DNA from: Spirochaetota bacterium
Lineage (GTDB): Bacteria; Spirochaetota; Spirochaetia; Treponematales; UBA12059
Length of the DNA: 64,000 nt
Reading direction: 5' to 3'
Assembly: GCA_031402655.1 (NCBI GenBank)
Contig: JANNSO010000038.1
Location: 17,260 to 81,259 of the forward strand
The first letter of the stretch is position 1. Each line of letters begins with the position of its first letter. The notes beneath the pieces are model-generated. The model searched no databases and was not told where the DNA came from. It worked only from the letters and a program-made list of their open reading frames with translations. The position numbers were made by a program, and so were the translations under genes. Positions 8,401 through 16,312 of this stretch are shown in pieces.

Positions 8401-10538
8401 ATTAGGCTTTGAAATATTTCTTTAAGCCGTCTTTGCGCAGTAACAAAACGAGGAGCATTTGGATTATCGGGGGTACGTGCAAAATCATCGTGCGACAATC
8501 CAATATTGTCGAATATTGCTTTGTCTATGTCTGAAAAGTTTATAACATGCTTCGTTTGTAAAGCCCGCACTAAAGCGGAACGCATGCGTACCGTAGAAAC
8601 AAAATCGTTAAAATGCCCAGACTGAAGAGATGCATCCTGCCTGTTATCGGTAAAACTCAAAACCTTGGTGTCTTTGGTGGAAAAACCGGCGCGCGGCATT
8701 GCATCGAGGATTCCAAGAGACAAAATAGTGGTAGCTGTTGAGCGGCCTTCGATTCCGATACGCGTAAGCTTAGTAAACTCGCTAGTTTGATGATGATATA
8801 AGTCACCGCTAGTCGGATCATAAATAAATTTTACAGGCACAAACCATCCAGAATATGGCAGATTGGTTCCTGAGCCATAGTTTCCCATGGCGTCATATGA
8901 AATAGGGGAAGGAAACTTGTGTGCGTACTCCTTTTTAATGGTCAGCACTCCCAACTGTTCCTTGGTAAACTCGCCAGGCAAATTCACCAGGTCCTCATCT
9001 CTATTCCATGAGTCTTTTCCTGGCAAGATGTACCCGCAGACAACCGAGTTCTCTTGTTCTTCATCCACGGATTCATCACTAAAATCGCGGGCTTCAATCG
9101 TTGAAACTAAAATATTTTTCCGTATGCATAAAAAAGGCTTACCTGACGAACGGCCAAAGACAACTGGGAACAGCGGATAGTTAAGCCCGTCTTTCTCCTT
9201 CGACGGAACTCCATCGAAACTCAAAAGGCGTTCGGGTGGTTCGTGGAGAGACACTGAAAGAGAAGCTGATTGAGCTATAAACTGATGTAGCTTAAATGGC
9301 AATACAAAAGGAACCCGCCCGCCACTCGTTTCGTTTGCCTGGGCAATCTGTTCGTTTATTCGGGATATGGCGCTAAAGATATCGCGCAACGCCTGCTGAC
9401 ACAGCTCGAAATTAGCGACCCCAGAATCTTCCGATAGCACTGCAGCTATGTTTTTCAAAGCAAGTGCTAAGCCTCGTCGAATTACTATCCCTTCCTGTTT
9501 TAGAGCGATCTTGCGCTCAACCCAACGAAACAGTGGCAGAGATAGTACTTGATCCATCGATAGATCAGTAGGCAAGGATATAGAAACCGCTTTGAAAAGT
9601 TCAGCCTTGCTTGGCAGTTCAGATTCAATCGAAATAGCTTTAAGGGATTCTTCGACTATCTGATCCTGGCTAAAAGGACTTCCAAAAAACCTTGATGCCA
9701 CCTTGGCGATCGTAGTTTTTCTTTCGGAAACGGTAGCCCCTCCTGCCATTGTGGCCGAAGTGCCCATGCATTGGATCTCTTTCTTGCATTCAGCCTTGAT
9801 TCGGCGAATAAGAACACCAACATCTGCACCTTGCCTACCCCGGAAGGTATGCAGTTCATCGAAGGCGATATACTTGAGATTATTAAAAATTGCATTCTTG
9901 AGTGAATCATCGCCGCCGCGCGTAAGCAACAATTCAAGCATCATATAATTGGTAAGTAAAAGATGCGGTGGATTCTGCCGTATCTCATCGCGCGTTTTTT
10001 CATCTTCCTGCCCGGTAAACTGGCACGCCCGGATCGGAAAGGCCTTCCCAGTTTTTGCATAGTACTTATCAGCATATTTTTTTATTTCGTTGGTCTGCGA
10101 ATTTATTAGGGCATTCATAGGATATACTATCAATCCGACTATCCCTGAGCTCTGGTTTTGAAGTACATCGTTAAAAATTGTGCCCAAAAAAGTTAGCGAC
10201 TTTCCGGAGCCAGTTCCAGAGGTTACAACAAAACCCTTTCCTTTGGACCCTAGGCGCAACGCTTCTTCCTGATGCTTGTGTAACTTATAGCCACTAAACA
10301 CGGCGGCCATATCCGCGTGAAGTACGCCTTCAGTCACCAAAGAATCGATACTTGCGCCTTCCTCATAGGATGGATTGAATTGAATAAGCGGATCCGGCCA
10401 CATAATCTTGTTCCGGCCTTCAATCGCAAGAGCTTCCTCGATCTGGGGATCATCAATATCCACAAAACTGCTGGCAAAAGCCTTATACTTGGTCATTATG
10501 TCTTCATGCAGACTGAAAATATCGATTATTTTGCTCAT
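5403..10538 (-). CDS. 1711-aa DEAD/DEAH-box helicase with DUF1998-like region and endonuclease-like C-terminal tail (DrmA-DrmB-like fusion; DruE-like is the alternative)
   Basis: Walker A VVTSGTGSGKSLTF (around 10205-10228), DExH box AFDELHTFRG (9843-9866), motif III GTSAT, motif VI YAQRSGRAGRSG (about 7492-7517). Downstream, the FLPGYNFTRLP and YEAAEGSLGVL stretches resemble YprA/MrfA-type DUF1998 modules. The last ~110 aa (CVPDFYY...IHVFCDGTPHD...QRDAILDMGQDYIVY) resemble a Vsr/DUF559-type nuclease fold. Confidence 0.8.
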   Translation of the reverse strand: MSKIIDIFSLHEDIMTKYKAFASSFVDIDDPQIEEALAIEGRNKIMWPDPLIQFNPSYEEGASIDSLVTEGVLHADMAAVFSGYKLHKHQEEALRLGSKGKGFVVTSGTGSGKSLTFLGTIFNDVLQNQSSGIVGLIVYPMNALINSQTNEIKKYADKYYAKTGKAFPIRACQFTGQEDEKTRDEIRQNPPHLLLTNYMMLELLLTRGGDDSLKNAIFNNLKYIAFDELHTFRGRQGADVGVLIRRIKAECKKEIQCMGTSATMAGGATVSERKTTIAKVASRFFGSPFSQDQIVEESLKAISIESELPSKAELFKAVSISLPTDLSMDQVLSLPLFRWVERKIALKQEGIVIRRGLALALKNIAAVLSEDSGVANFELCQQALRDIFSAISRINEQIAQANETSGGRVPFVLPFKLHQFIAQSASLSVSLHEPPERLLSFDGVPSKEKDGLNYPLFPVVFGRSSGKPFLCIRKNILVSTIEARDFSDESVDEEQENSVVCGYILPGKDSWNRDEDLVNLPGEFTKEQLGVLTIKKEYAHKFPSPISYDAMGNYGSGTNLPYSGWFVPVKFIYDPTSGDLYHHQTSEFTKLTRIGIEGRSTATTILSLGILDAMPRAGFSTKDTKVLSFTDNRQDASLQSGHFNDFVSTVRMRSALVRALQTKHVINFSDIDKAIFDNIGLSHDDFARTPDNPNAPRFVTAQRRLKEIFQSLIKYLVLADLSNSWRINMPGLEACGLLTIAYDEWDERIGDSAWGDLPDICKGSELDFPTLVHLVLEYFRKSYAFSHASYFGEGALRKNLEEFKENLHPDWVPEEKDIQEPNWLTLKRANLPRNVGFSQSIGEQSRLGKYIRQMLSKEGIKMDGPTYIDFIGKLLDRMESAGWLLSMPIPKATGEKAYRLKADQITWKLGDGTISADPVFRRNVRDTLRSPNEFFRDLYNSTSIAGRIKAKEHTGQVDKNERQSREDDFRSGKLSTLFCSPTMELGIDIADLSIVHMRNVPPNAANYAQRSGRAGRSGQPALVFTSCSRRSAHDTHFFKNNNDMVSGAVHAPRLDLVNEELLRSHFHALYLSKRGIAGLSGKLDDVLDILNPLIPLKPETKIDVARASINSESIIKKWLAVIDDLLPDLALCSWYTPDWAERQLINLPGTFDSAMDRWRNLFHQQARQKDDADRVLDNPIIQTTSVEHKEAYRNASLALRMRKLLLNEAGGGSFSEFYAYRYLASEGFLPGYNFTRLPVRLFLQLDKDAEALSRDRVLAIREMGPENLIYHNGAKYQVTRAQLQEIANDGEEATVCSRSGYILLGSDQQRNTDPWTGAELDTHTCKIAGLMRLPDGIAERMTHITCEEEERTRLGYQIDTYFRFTGDPSRIRELRLMSGEDILLRLRFIPSAELVYVNSKWRNQKADGFVLNKISGHWKSHGYRESIATGKLQSKSVTMDDLKIVKLYTSDTADALYIEPLKILELDASGRTTLQYALKTAVERVFSIESAELGIVPIGEAAEPNLLMYEAAEGSLGVLAGLVDDNDAWKMVADEAWRLCRFDDPTYTDKASYDDLLSYYNQPDHAIIDRNLIRGAMERLRSARVEVGVADAGTYEEQYKRLLDAYDTNSVTERKFLDYVYDHGLRLPDEAQRKVTGLYCVPDFYYAPIHGSVPIHVFCDGTPHDRESVMNKDTQQRDAILDMGQDYIVYHYLESLDELVASRPDIFRKVR

Positions 10539-10637
10539 TTACGGCTCCAACTCTGAAATTGCTGTTTTTTGTTTCTTCCATGCTCCACTAGAACAAAGCC
10601 GGTTAAAAGGTTAGTTCAAGATTGCCAAAATGTCCAT

Positions 10638-11036
10638 CTAATAGATTCCTAATACTGATAGCTTTGCTCTAATAAACGAAATAGCCTCATCAGCCAGATG
10701 CAGGGCATGCTGTATAACGGCAATATCAAGCGATCCTGGATAAGGATATCGTATTTTTACTGCATACTCGGTTAATTGAGCGCAGGTTTGCGTTAGCGTA
10801 ATAAATTGTTCATCGTATTTTTTACACTGGCTTAGTAAGAAGAGTAAGTCATGGGTTTTGTCCGGCTCAATATCATGTTTTATTAAATAAGCCTTGAGGT
10901 ATTTTTCAACGGCTTGCTGGCAATGAAAACCGACTATCTCCAGCGGAACAGGTTTCATACTCATGAGAAATTTAGCGGAATTTAGATCTTGAAGACCCAG
11001 CTCCAGCCATTCTGCGATCAGCTTATCAAGCTGCAT
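10638..11036 (-). CDS. HEPN domain protein (toxin of an MNT-HEPN pair)
   Basis: 132 aa. QQAVEKYLKAYLIKHDIEPDKTHDLLFLL and KIRYPYPG are typical of PF05168-type HEPN proteins. The start overlaps the MNT gene by 11 nt. Confidence 0.75.
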   Translation of the reverse strand: MQLDKLIAEWLELGLQDLNSAKFLMSMKPVPLEIVGFHCQQAVEKYLKAYLIKHDIEPDKTHDLLFLLSQCKKYDEQFITLTQTCAQLTEYAVKIRYPYPGSLDIAVIQHALHLADEAISFIRAKLSVLGIY

Positions 11037-11367
11037 ACAAGACCTTTCCTTCGCGCGCTATTTTCCGTTCGAGTGTGGGAAGCGTAGACCGAGCCTGATA
11101 ATCATGCATGTTTTCAACGATCAGGTCTAAAGGAAACGAAACCATCCCAAAAGCCTGCTGTCGTATCGTCGATGCAATACGGGCATGTTCGGATTCCTCG
11201 TTATCCACTAAAACGAGCAAGTCGACATCGCTGCTCTCGTTCCTTGTCCCGCGCGCGGTTGACCCGAACAGGATTATCGACCTCACTGAAGGGTCAGAGC
11301 TTATTGATGATAAAAGTGCTTCAAGTTCCTGTAGCATAATTTTAGATAATTGGATACCTTCTTGCAT
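11026..11367 (-). CDS. Minimal nucleotidyltransferase (MNT antitoxin-type)
   Basis: 113 aa with the signature LFGSTARGTRNESSDVDLLVLVD (GSxxRGxxxxxSDxD). It lies immediately upstream of and overlaps the HEPN gene. Confidence 0.85.
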   Translation of the reverse strand: MQEGIQLSKIMLQELEALLSSISSDPSVRSIILFGSTARGTRNESSDVDLLVLVDNEESEHARIASTIRQQAFGMVSFPLDLIVENMHDYQARSTLPTLERKIAREGKVLYAA

Positions 11368-11461
11368 TAAATTGCCCCCTCCACAATCGCAGTACTTTTT
11401 AAGAGCCTTCCAAGATACTCTTGCCGTACCTCAAGGATCATAATATTATCTACCATTCTAA

Positions 11462-11695
11462 TCATAAACTCGCCTGAATCGACGATTTCCCTAGTTCAAA
11501 GTCAGTTTTCTCTAAGACGCTTCGGACCGATTCATTCAAGCGTTCTCGCAGTTGCTTAGAATCCATATCGGCGGCAGCTCTGAGCACAAACCGCAGAAGA
11601 TCCGCCCTTGAGATGCCGACTTCAGAAGCGATTTGATTTAGCTTAGCCCCAAGGCTTTCTTCTATTCTTATCGTCATTACTTCACTGTTAGCCAT
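11462..11695 (-). CDS. Ribbon-helix-helix (CopG/Arc-like) DNA-binding protein
   Basis: I place the start at the internal ATG 11695 (MANSEVMTIRIEESLGAKLNQIASEVGISRADLLRFVLR). This gives a beta-strand plus two-helix RHH pattern. The longer track ORF (to 11809) adds an implausible N-terminus. The gene is divergent from the plus-strand phage-like cluster. Confidence 0.6.
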   Translation of the reverse strand: MANSEVMTIRIEESLGAKLNQIASEVGISRADLLRFVLRAAADMDSKQLRERLNESVRSVLEKTDFELGKSSIQASL

Positions 11696-11999
11696 GCATA
11701 CAGAGTAATCTATTTGACTACAGAACGCAACATTAAATGATGTTTTAGGTATTAAATATCTATTATCACGTTTCATTAAATGAAATACCAGAATCAGTTG
11801 TTCACCCAATTAAAACTGACAGCGGTTAAATATTCCAGTATACAATCTAGGGAAGGCTTAAAATATTGCTCATAGGGAGATCTTGCAAGAAGACGGTACT
11901 CGAACTCTCGCCAGCTTTTGACACTTCAGATTAGATTGCTGGATACAAACAATCATCACGCCTACTTCAAATTCATTCTATAAAGCCTCTTAAAGTCTG

Positions 12000-12028
12000 T
12001 TAACAAAAACCTAACGCACCTTTGTTAA
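12000..12028. promoter_or_regulatory. Inverted repeat TTAACAAA-N13-TTTGTTAA (candidate operator); related half-sites at 12077-12090
   Basis: Perfect 8-bp arms at 12000-12007 and 12021-12028. A second abutting dyad TTAACAA/TTTGTAA sits at 12077-12090. Both lie in the 365-bp divergent intergenic region between the RHH gene and radC-like. Confidence 0.3.
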
Positions 12029-12174
12029 ATTTGTATTCAGATTAACCGACCTACTCTATTATATAGTCCCTGTCTATTAACAATTTGTAACATCATTGAA
12101 CCAAAACTAGATATTATTATTTAGCATCTAACCATCTCGCATGATATGGTTAATTTAATGTAATAGGATAAAAC

Positions 12175-12594
12175 ATGCTGTACGATCTTGTCTCAGAACG
12201 CAGGAGTAAGTATTGCGTTAAAGTCACCCAACCTGAGGAAGCTTACTCCGCGTTGAAACGTTATTCTCGAAAGGCACAGGAGCATTTTCTCGTCATCTGC
12301 TTGAATGCAGGGCGTATGGCCATCGCCACACGTATCATAACTGTCGGGCTCCTTAACCGTACGGTAATTCACCCTCGAGAGATATTCCGCCAAGCCATCA
12401 TCGACAATGCGGAGTCAATCATCATCGCCCACAATCATCCCTCAGGACTACTCTCACCCAGTAACGAAGACATTGAGCTTACAAAACGTATCCAAGAAGT
12501 TGGGAGGCTCGTGGGAATCCCGGTACTCGATCATCTTATTATTGGCCGAAATGGTTTCTATAGTTTCGCCACCGAAGGACTCTTGCGCCTATGA
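12175..12594 (+). CDS. RadC-like JAB/JAMM domain protein
   Basis: 139 aa with the JAMM motif IIAHNHPSGLLSPSNEDIELT, followed by VLDHLIIG. The length and motif match the short phage/ICE-borne RadC family. Confidence 0.85.
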   Translation: MLYDLVSERRSKYCVKVTQPEEAYSALKRYSRKAQEHFLVICLNAGRMAIATRIITVGLLNRTVIHPREIFRQAIIDNAESIIIAHNHPSGLLSPSNEDIELTKRIQEVGRLVGIPVLDHLIIGRNGFYSFATEGLLRL

Positions 12595-12612
12595 GCGCAG
12601 AAAGGAAAGACA

Positions 12613-13548
12613 ATGGAACTTGATTCCAAACGCAGTCACAGTGAAGAAGGATTAAATTCGGTCGTCGACCGTGCTCTTCTTGAAAACTGGATTACCAAGA
12701 CACCTGAAGGTAGCGCTCTCATGCCGGATGAAAAAGAACGCTTCATCAACACGGCCTTACTCTATCAGCTGAATCCATGGAAACGCGAAATTCATTGCAA
12801 AATCGATAACGCAAACCAGAGCCGGAAGCTTGTACTCGTAGTCGGCTATGAGGTGTATGTAAAGAAAGCGGAACGTACAGGTCTGCTTGATGGTTGGAAA
12901 GCATGGGTAGAAGGATCCGGCGACAATCTCAAAGGTGTTATAGAGATATACCGCAAGGATTGGTCTCATCCTTTTATTCATGAAGTCTACTGGGCAGAAG
13001 CAGTCCAGACTAATGAACGCGGGGAGCTCTTATTTTTCTGGCAAAAGATGCCCTGTTTCCAGCTCAGAAAAGTCGCTATCAGCCAAGGATTCAGACTAGC
13101 CTTCTCCGATGAAATCGGTGGGATTCCCTATGATGGATCAGAGCTTCCACTGTCTGAGAATATGCCTCCGCTTAAACAGGCAACCAATGAAGAGCGTGTC
13201 CAAAAGCCAGCCGCGACACCGTTAGCAAAAACAGAATCCGTGGATACCCTCGAAAACTTACAGGAGGGCATTCGGAAACTCACCTTGGATAACCAAGCCT
13301 TCCTAAAACCTACACATGTCTCATGGATTATCACTCAGCTAACAACGGAAAAGTCTGAGAAGCAACTTACAGGTCTTCATCAGCATGTAAAAAATGCAAT
13401 CGAGGAAGGCAAAGCTAATTCTATACCTCAGGTTAAGCCAAACGGTATTCGTCGCTTTCCCTCTAGGCGTCCACCAGATACTTCTAATGGCAACGTCCGC
13501 CATGAGCCGCTCAAAACCGCTGCTGGAGCTGAAGATCAAATATTCTAG
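12613..13548 (+). CDS. RecT/Bet-family single-strand annealing recombinase
   Basis: 311 aa. LNPWKREIH...VVGYEVYVKKAERTGLLDGW...FWQKMPCFQLRKVAISQGFRLAFSDEIGG matches the conserved W..MP..ML.K.A...ALR.AFP block of RecT/phage Bet proteins. Confidence 0.7.
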   Translation: MELDSKRSHSEEGLNSVVDRALLENWITKTPEGSALMPDEKERFINTALLYQLNPWKREIHCKIDNANQSRKLVLVVGYEVYVKKAERTGLLDGWKAWVEGSGDNLKGVIEIYRKDWSHPFIHEVYWAEAVQTNERGELLFFWQKMPCFQLRKVAISQGFRLAFSDEIGGIPYDGSELPLSENMPPLKQATNEERVQKPAATPLAKTESVDTLENLQEGIRKLTLDNQAFLKPTHVSWIITQLTTEKSEKQLTGLHQHVKNAIEEGKANSIPQVKPNGIRRFPSRRPPDTSNGNVRHEPLKTAAGAEDQIF

Positions 13549-13565
13549 TTAGAAAGGAATTTCCC

Positions 13566-14150
13566 ATGTTCGAACGTGCAAATACAAAGCAAAGCTCGCC
13601 GGATCTCGGCGAGCTTTTGTTTTCTCCTGAAAGCATTGATGTAACTACTAATGCCGAAGATTTTTCTATCACATCGATCGAGATGGCTACCTGGGCAGCT
13701 CGTAAAGTAATACAGGCGCGAACGCGCGTCGCGGAGCGAAAAACCTTGGCTGAGCGCTACAAGGCTCGCATCGACCAGTGGGTGAATGACGCCAACAAAG
13801 AAGATGATGACAGCACCGAATTTTTCATGAACCACCTAAAGCCCTTTGCAGAACGAGAAATCGGGAAACAGCGCCGCTCTCGCACACTTCACTTGCCCGG
13901 AGCAGAATTGTGTATGAGGAAGAAACCGGACCGCATAGAAATCCTCGATGAGCAGGAAGCCATTATCTACTGCGAGGAATATCTCCCGTCGGCGCTTATT
14001 ATAAAGAAAAGTCTCTCAAAGACCGTATTGAAGGCATCGATGCATTCAGGAGAACTTCCGCCCTCGGTATCCTTTATTCCAGGTGAAGATGAACTGTATG
14101 TGAATGCAGATGGCATAGGTCAGAACCTTGGAGCTCTCGATGCAGCGTAA
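13566..14150 (+). CDS. Mu Gam-like host-nuclease inhibitor family protein (tentative)
   Basis: 194 aa. An N-terminal coiled-coil-like segment (ATWAARKVIQARTRVAERKTLAERYKARIDQW) is followed by RSRTLHLPGAELCMRKKPDRIEILDEQEAIIYCEEY. This resembles the Gam-like pattern KS..L..G.v..R......v.d...... Confidence 0.5.
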   Translation: MFERANTKQSSPDLGELLFSPESIDVTTNAEDFSITSIEMATWAARKVIQARTRVAERKTLAERYKARIDQWVNDANKEDDDSTEFFMNHLKPFAEREIGKQRRSRTLHLPGAELCMRKKPDRIEILDEQEAIIYCEEYLPSALIIKKSLSKTVLKASMHSGELPPSVSFIPGEDELYVNADGIGQNLGALDAA

Positions 14151-14496
14151 TGAGAGCATTTGGAGCCTTCCGGGTATCCTTGTAGACGCAAGCGACCAAG
14201 CAAAGTCGCTCAATCTTGAAGGGTCAGTTGCCATCACGTATGGCGCTACAAAAGAACTCAAGCCATCTGGATTCCTTCAGGACCTTGGGATATCACTTGA
14301 AAGCCGCATTACGAATCTACTCCGCCTCGTTAAAGCTAGGTTATCGCCAGCAAACGATAGCCAGCGCTTTGTCATCAGTCTCTGCATCGCGCAAGGGCCA
14401 GTTATACGCGAGCAAATCGTCGATTTCTATGTGACTGTCGAAAGCAACGATTCCTCAGAATCCTCCATCATCATTTCTACTACAGCAAGTGAGTAG
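14128..14496 (+). CDS. Hypothetical protein
   Basis: 122-aa ORF co-oriented within the cluster. It overlaps the previous gene's end, so the true start may be the MQRNES methionine at about 14140. No recognisable motif. Confidence 0.4.
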   Translation: MELSMQRNESIWSLPGILVDASDQAKSLNLEGSVAITYGATKELKPSGFLQDLGISLESRITNLLRLVKARLSPANDSQRFVISLCIAQGPVIREQIVDFYVTVESNDSSESSIIISTTASE

Positions 14497-14520
14497 CGCC
14501 ATCAAGAAAGGAAATATCAC

Positions 14521-15075
14521 ATGATTGAAATTCAGAAATCAACTACCACAACAGCGGACTACGAAGGCTTATCCTTTGTTCTTAAAGCGCTCAGTACCGA
14601 CGAGACTCGGCCATTCATGATGGTCGTGCATATCGAAAAACGGAAACGAGGAATCACGGCCGTAGCAACGGATGGAAAGCGCATGCATACTGCGGATTTG
14701 GATCTTGATGTAGCTCCCGGTGATTACGTGCCGCTGATTACCAAAGCCTCGGTGATCCTGAAACCTAGCACCGGTATTCAGTTTCCCGATTGGAAACGCG
14801 TGTTTCCCAAAGTTGGGACTGAGATTACTATGCTTGATTTCTCATCTGCCGGAATTGGCAAGAAAAACACGCAATGCGCAAATATGACCCAGCAAGTCCT
14901 GAAGCTCTACGAAAAGACGCATCAAGCCGTAAACATGCAATTCCTCGATGACCTTTCCAAGGGTCCATGGACTGTATATGGCGTAGGCGGAACCTCGCGT
15001 GCAGTGCTCTTGAAACGAACAGAAGGGGAACTTGAACGTAGCGCTGTACTCATGCCGATGGAAATGGCAGCGTAG
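14521..15075 (+). CDS. DnaN (sliding-clamp beta)-like protein, about half normal length
   Basis: 184 aa. VATDGKRMH matches the clamp ATDGHRLA motif. FPDWKRVFP matches the clamp FPDY.RVIP motif. The C-terminal AVLMPMEM resembles the clamp C-terminal ..MPMRL. Confidence 0.45.
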   Translation: MIEIQKSTTTTADYEGLSFVLKALSTDETRPFMMVVHIEKRKRGITAVATDGKRMHTADLDLDVAPGDYVPLITKASVILKPSTGIQFPDWKRVFPKVGTEITMLDFSSAGIGKKNTQCANMTQQVLKLYEKTHQAVNMQFLDDLSKGPWTVYGVGGTSRAVLLKRTEGELERSAVLMPMEMAA

Positions 15076-15079
15076 ATGT

Positions 15080-15982
15080 ATGACAAAATTCGCACGAGCT
15101 ACCTTAGACGTGCTCGTGAAAGGAATTAATGGAGAGACGGTGACTGCTTTCTTGCAACGCCGTCTCTTTTCAGATGAAGCTAATATTCCATCACGAAAAT
15201 GGTCATTGCTGAACCAGTTCACACTCGTTTTGGCAGGGACAAGCGATGCGCGAGGTATCAGGCAATGGGCAGTGGCAGGACGAACCATCAAGAAGGATGC
15301 AAAAGCCTTCTATATTCTAGTGCCCATCTTCATAAATCCAAAAACCACAACAGTTCGGGAAAGCAACAAAAATAGTGATAGGAAAAATACTCACATTCTT
15401 ACAGAAAAGGCTAAACAGGAAAGTGATCCTTTTAGTTTCAAGTGCATGCCGGTTTTCAAGATTGAGGATACCGAAGGAGAACCTCTCCCGTATGAGCTTA
15501 TTCTCAAGGCGTTCGATCCGTCCAAGCTACCGCTCATTAAAGTAGCACAGAGCTTGGGAATTAAGGTACAAACAGCTCTCATGCAGAACGCCTATGGTTC
15601 TTTCAATCGTACAAAGAAGGAAATCAGGCTTGGTACCGATGATCCACTCGTTTTTCTTCATGAACTTTCCCACGCCGTAGATAACGAGCTTCCTGCCAAG
15701 AGTCCAATCTATGCGTTCAACGAAGTAGTAGCGGAACTCTCTGCAGCTTTCCTCGGTTCCCTCTACGGATATCCACCATCTTTGAGCGATACTCGTGCCT
15801 ATATCGAAACGTATACTGGTCGAGGGCATGTCGCTTTTACTATAGCAAAGGCATTGCGACGCGTCGAGGAAATCTACTCTTTTATCAAAATACATGAAAA
15901 TATAACTAAAACTAAAATCGTTCGTTTCGAAAAATCATTAGATCTGTTCCCAAATTTATCTCCTGAAAGGAATGTATCGTGA
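15080..15982 (+). CDS. ArdC-like antirestriction protein (ssDNA-binding N-domain plus HExxH metalloprotease)
   Basis: Start taken at ATG 15080, just after the upstream stop at 15073-15075. The N-terminal SRKWSLLNQFTLVLAG...GIRQWAVAGRTIKKDAKAFYILVP resembles the ArdC/DUF1738 N-domain. The zincin motif is FLHELSHAVD. Confidence 0.55.
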   Translation: MTKFARATLDVLVKGINGETVTAFLQRRLFSDEANIPSRKWSLLNQFTLVLAGTSDARGIRQWAVAGRTIKKDAKAFYILVPIFINPKTTTVRESNKNSDRKNTHILTEKAKQESDPFSFKCMPVFKIEDTEGEPLPYELILKAFDPSKLPLIKVAQSLGIKVQTALMQNAYGSFNRTKKEIRLGTDDPLVFLHELSHAVDNELPAKSPIYAFNEVVAELSAAFLGSLYGYPPSLSDTRAYIETYTGRGHVAFTIAKALRRVEEIYSFIKIHENITKTKIVRFEKSLDLFPNLSPERNVS

Positions 15983-16311
15983 ATAACACAGCAGTAGAAA
16001 GCCCCCATACAAATCGAATGAGCGATCTAAACAGTGTTCTTGTCGAAGGGAAAATAACAAAACTCATCGAGAAGGATTCCGAGCTAGTCGAACTCGAACT
16101 AGCTTCAGAACGTCGAAATCAGAAAGTTTCGCATAAAAGTAATATTTCGATTATTCGAATCAGCGTTGCTAGTTTCAATTCCGACGTTAAGAAATTACTC
16201 AAGCAAGGCGGCTGCATTCGAGTAGTAGGCTATATTTCTTCACCAAAACGAAATTTGGTCGTCGTCATCGCGGAACACGTTGAACTCAAGAGAACCGCGG
16301 AAAGGAATTAA
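15979..16311 (+). CDS. OB-fold SSB-like protein (tentative)
   Basis: 110 aa. LNSVLVEGKITK...ELELASER...IRISVASFNSDVKKLLKQGGCIRVVGYIS follows the SSB OB-fold pattern (N.V.L.G.l...., KG..v.v.G). There is a 4-nt overlap with the ArdC-like gene. Confidence 0.4.
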   Translation: MNNTAVESPHTNRMSDLNSVLVEGKITKLIEKDSELVELELASERRNQKVSHKSNISIIRISVASFNSDVKKLLKQGGCIRVVGYISSPKRNLVVVIAEHVELKRTAERN

Positions 16312-16312
16312 C

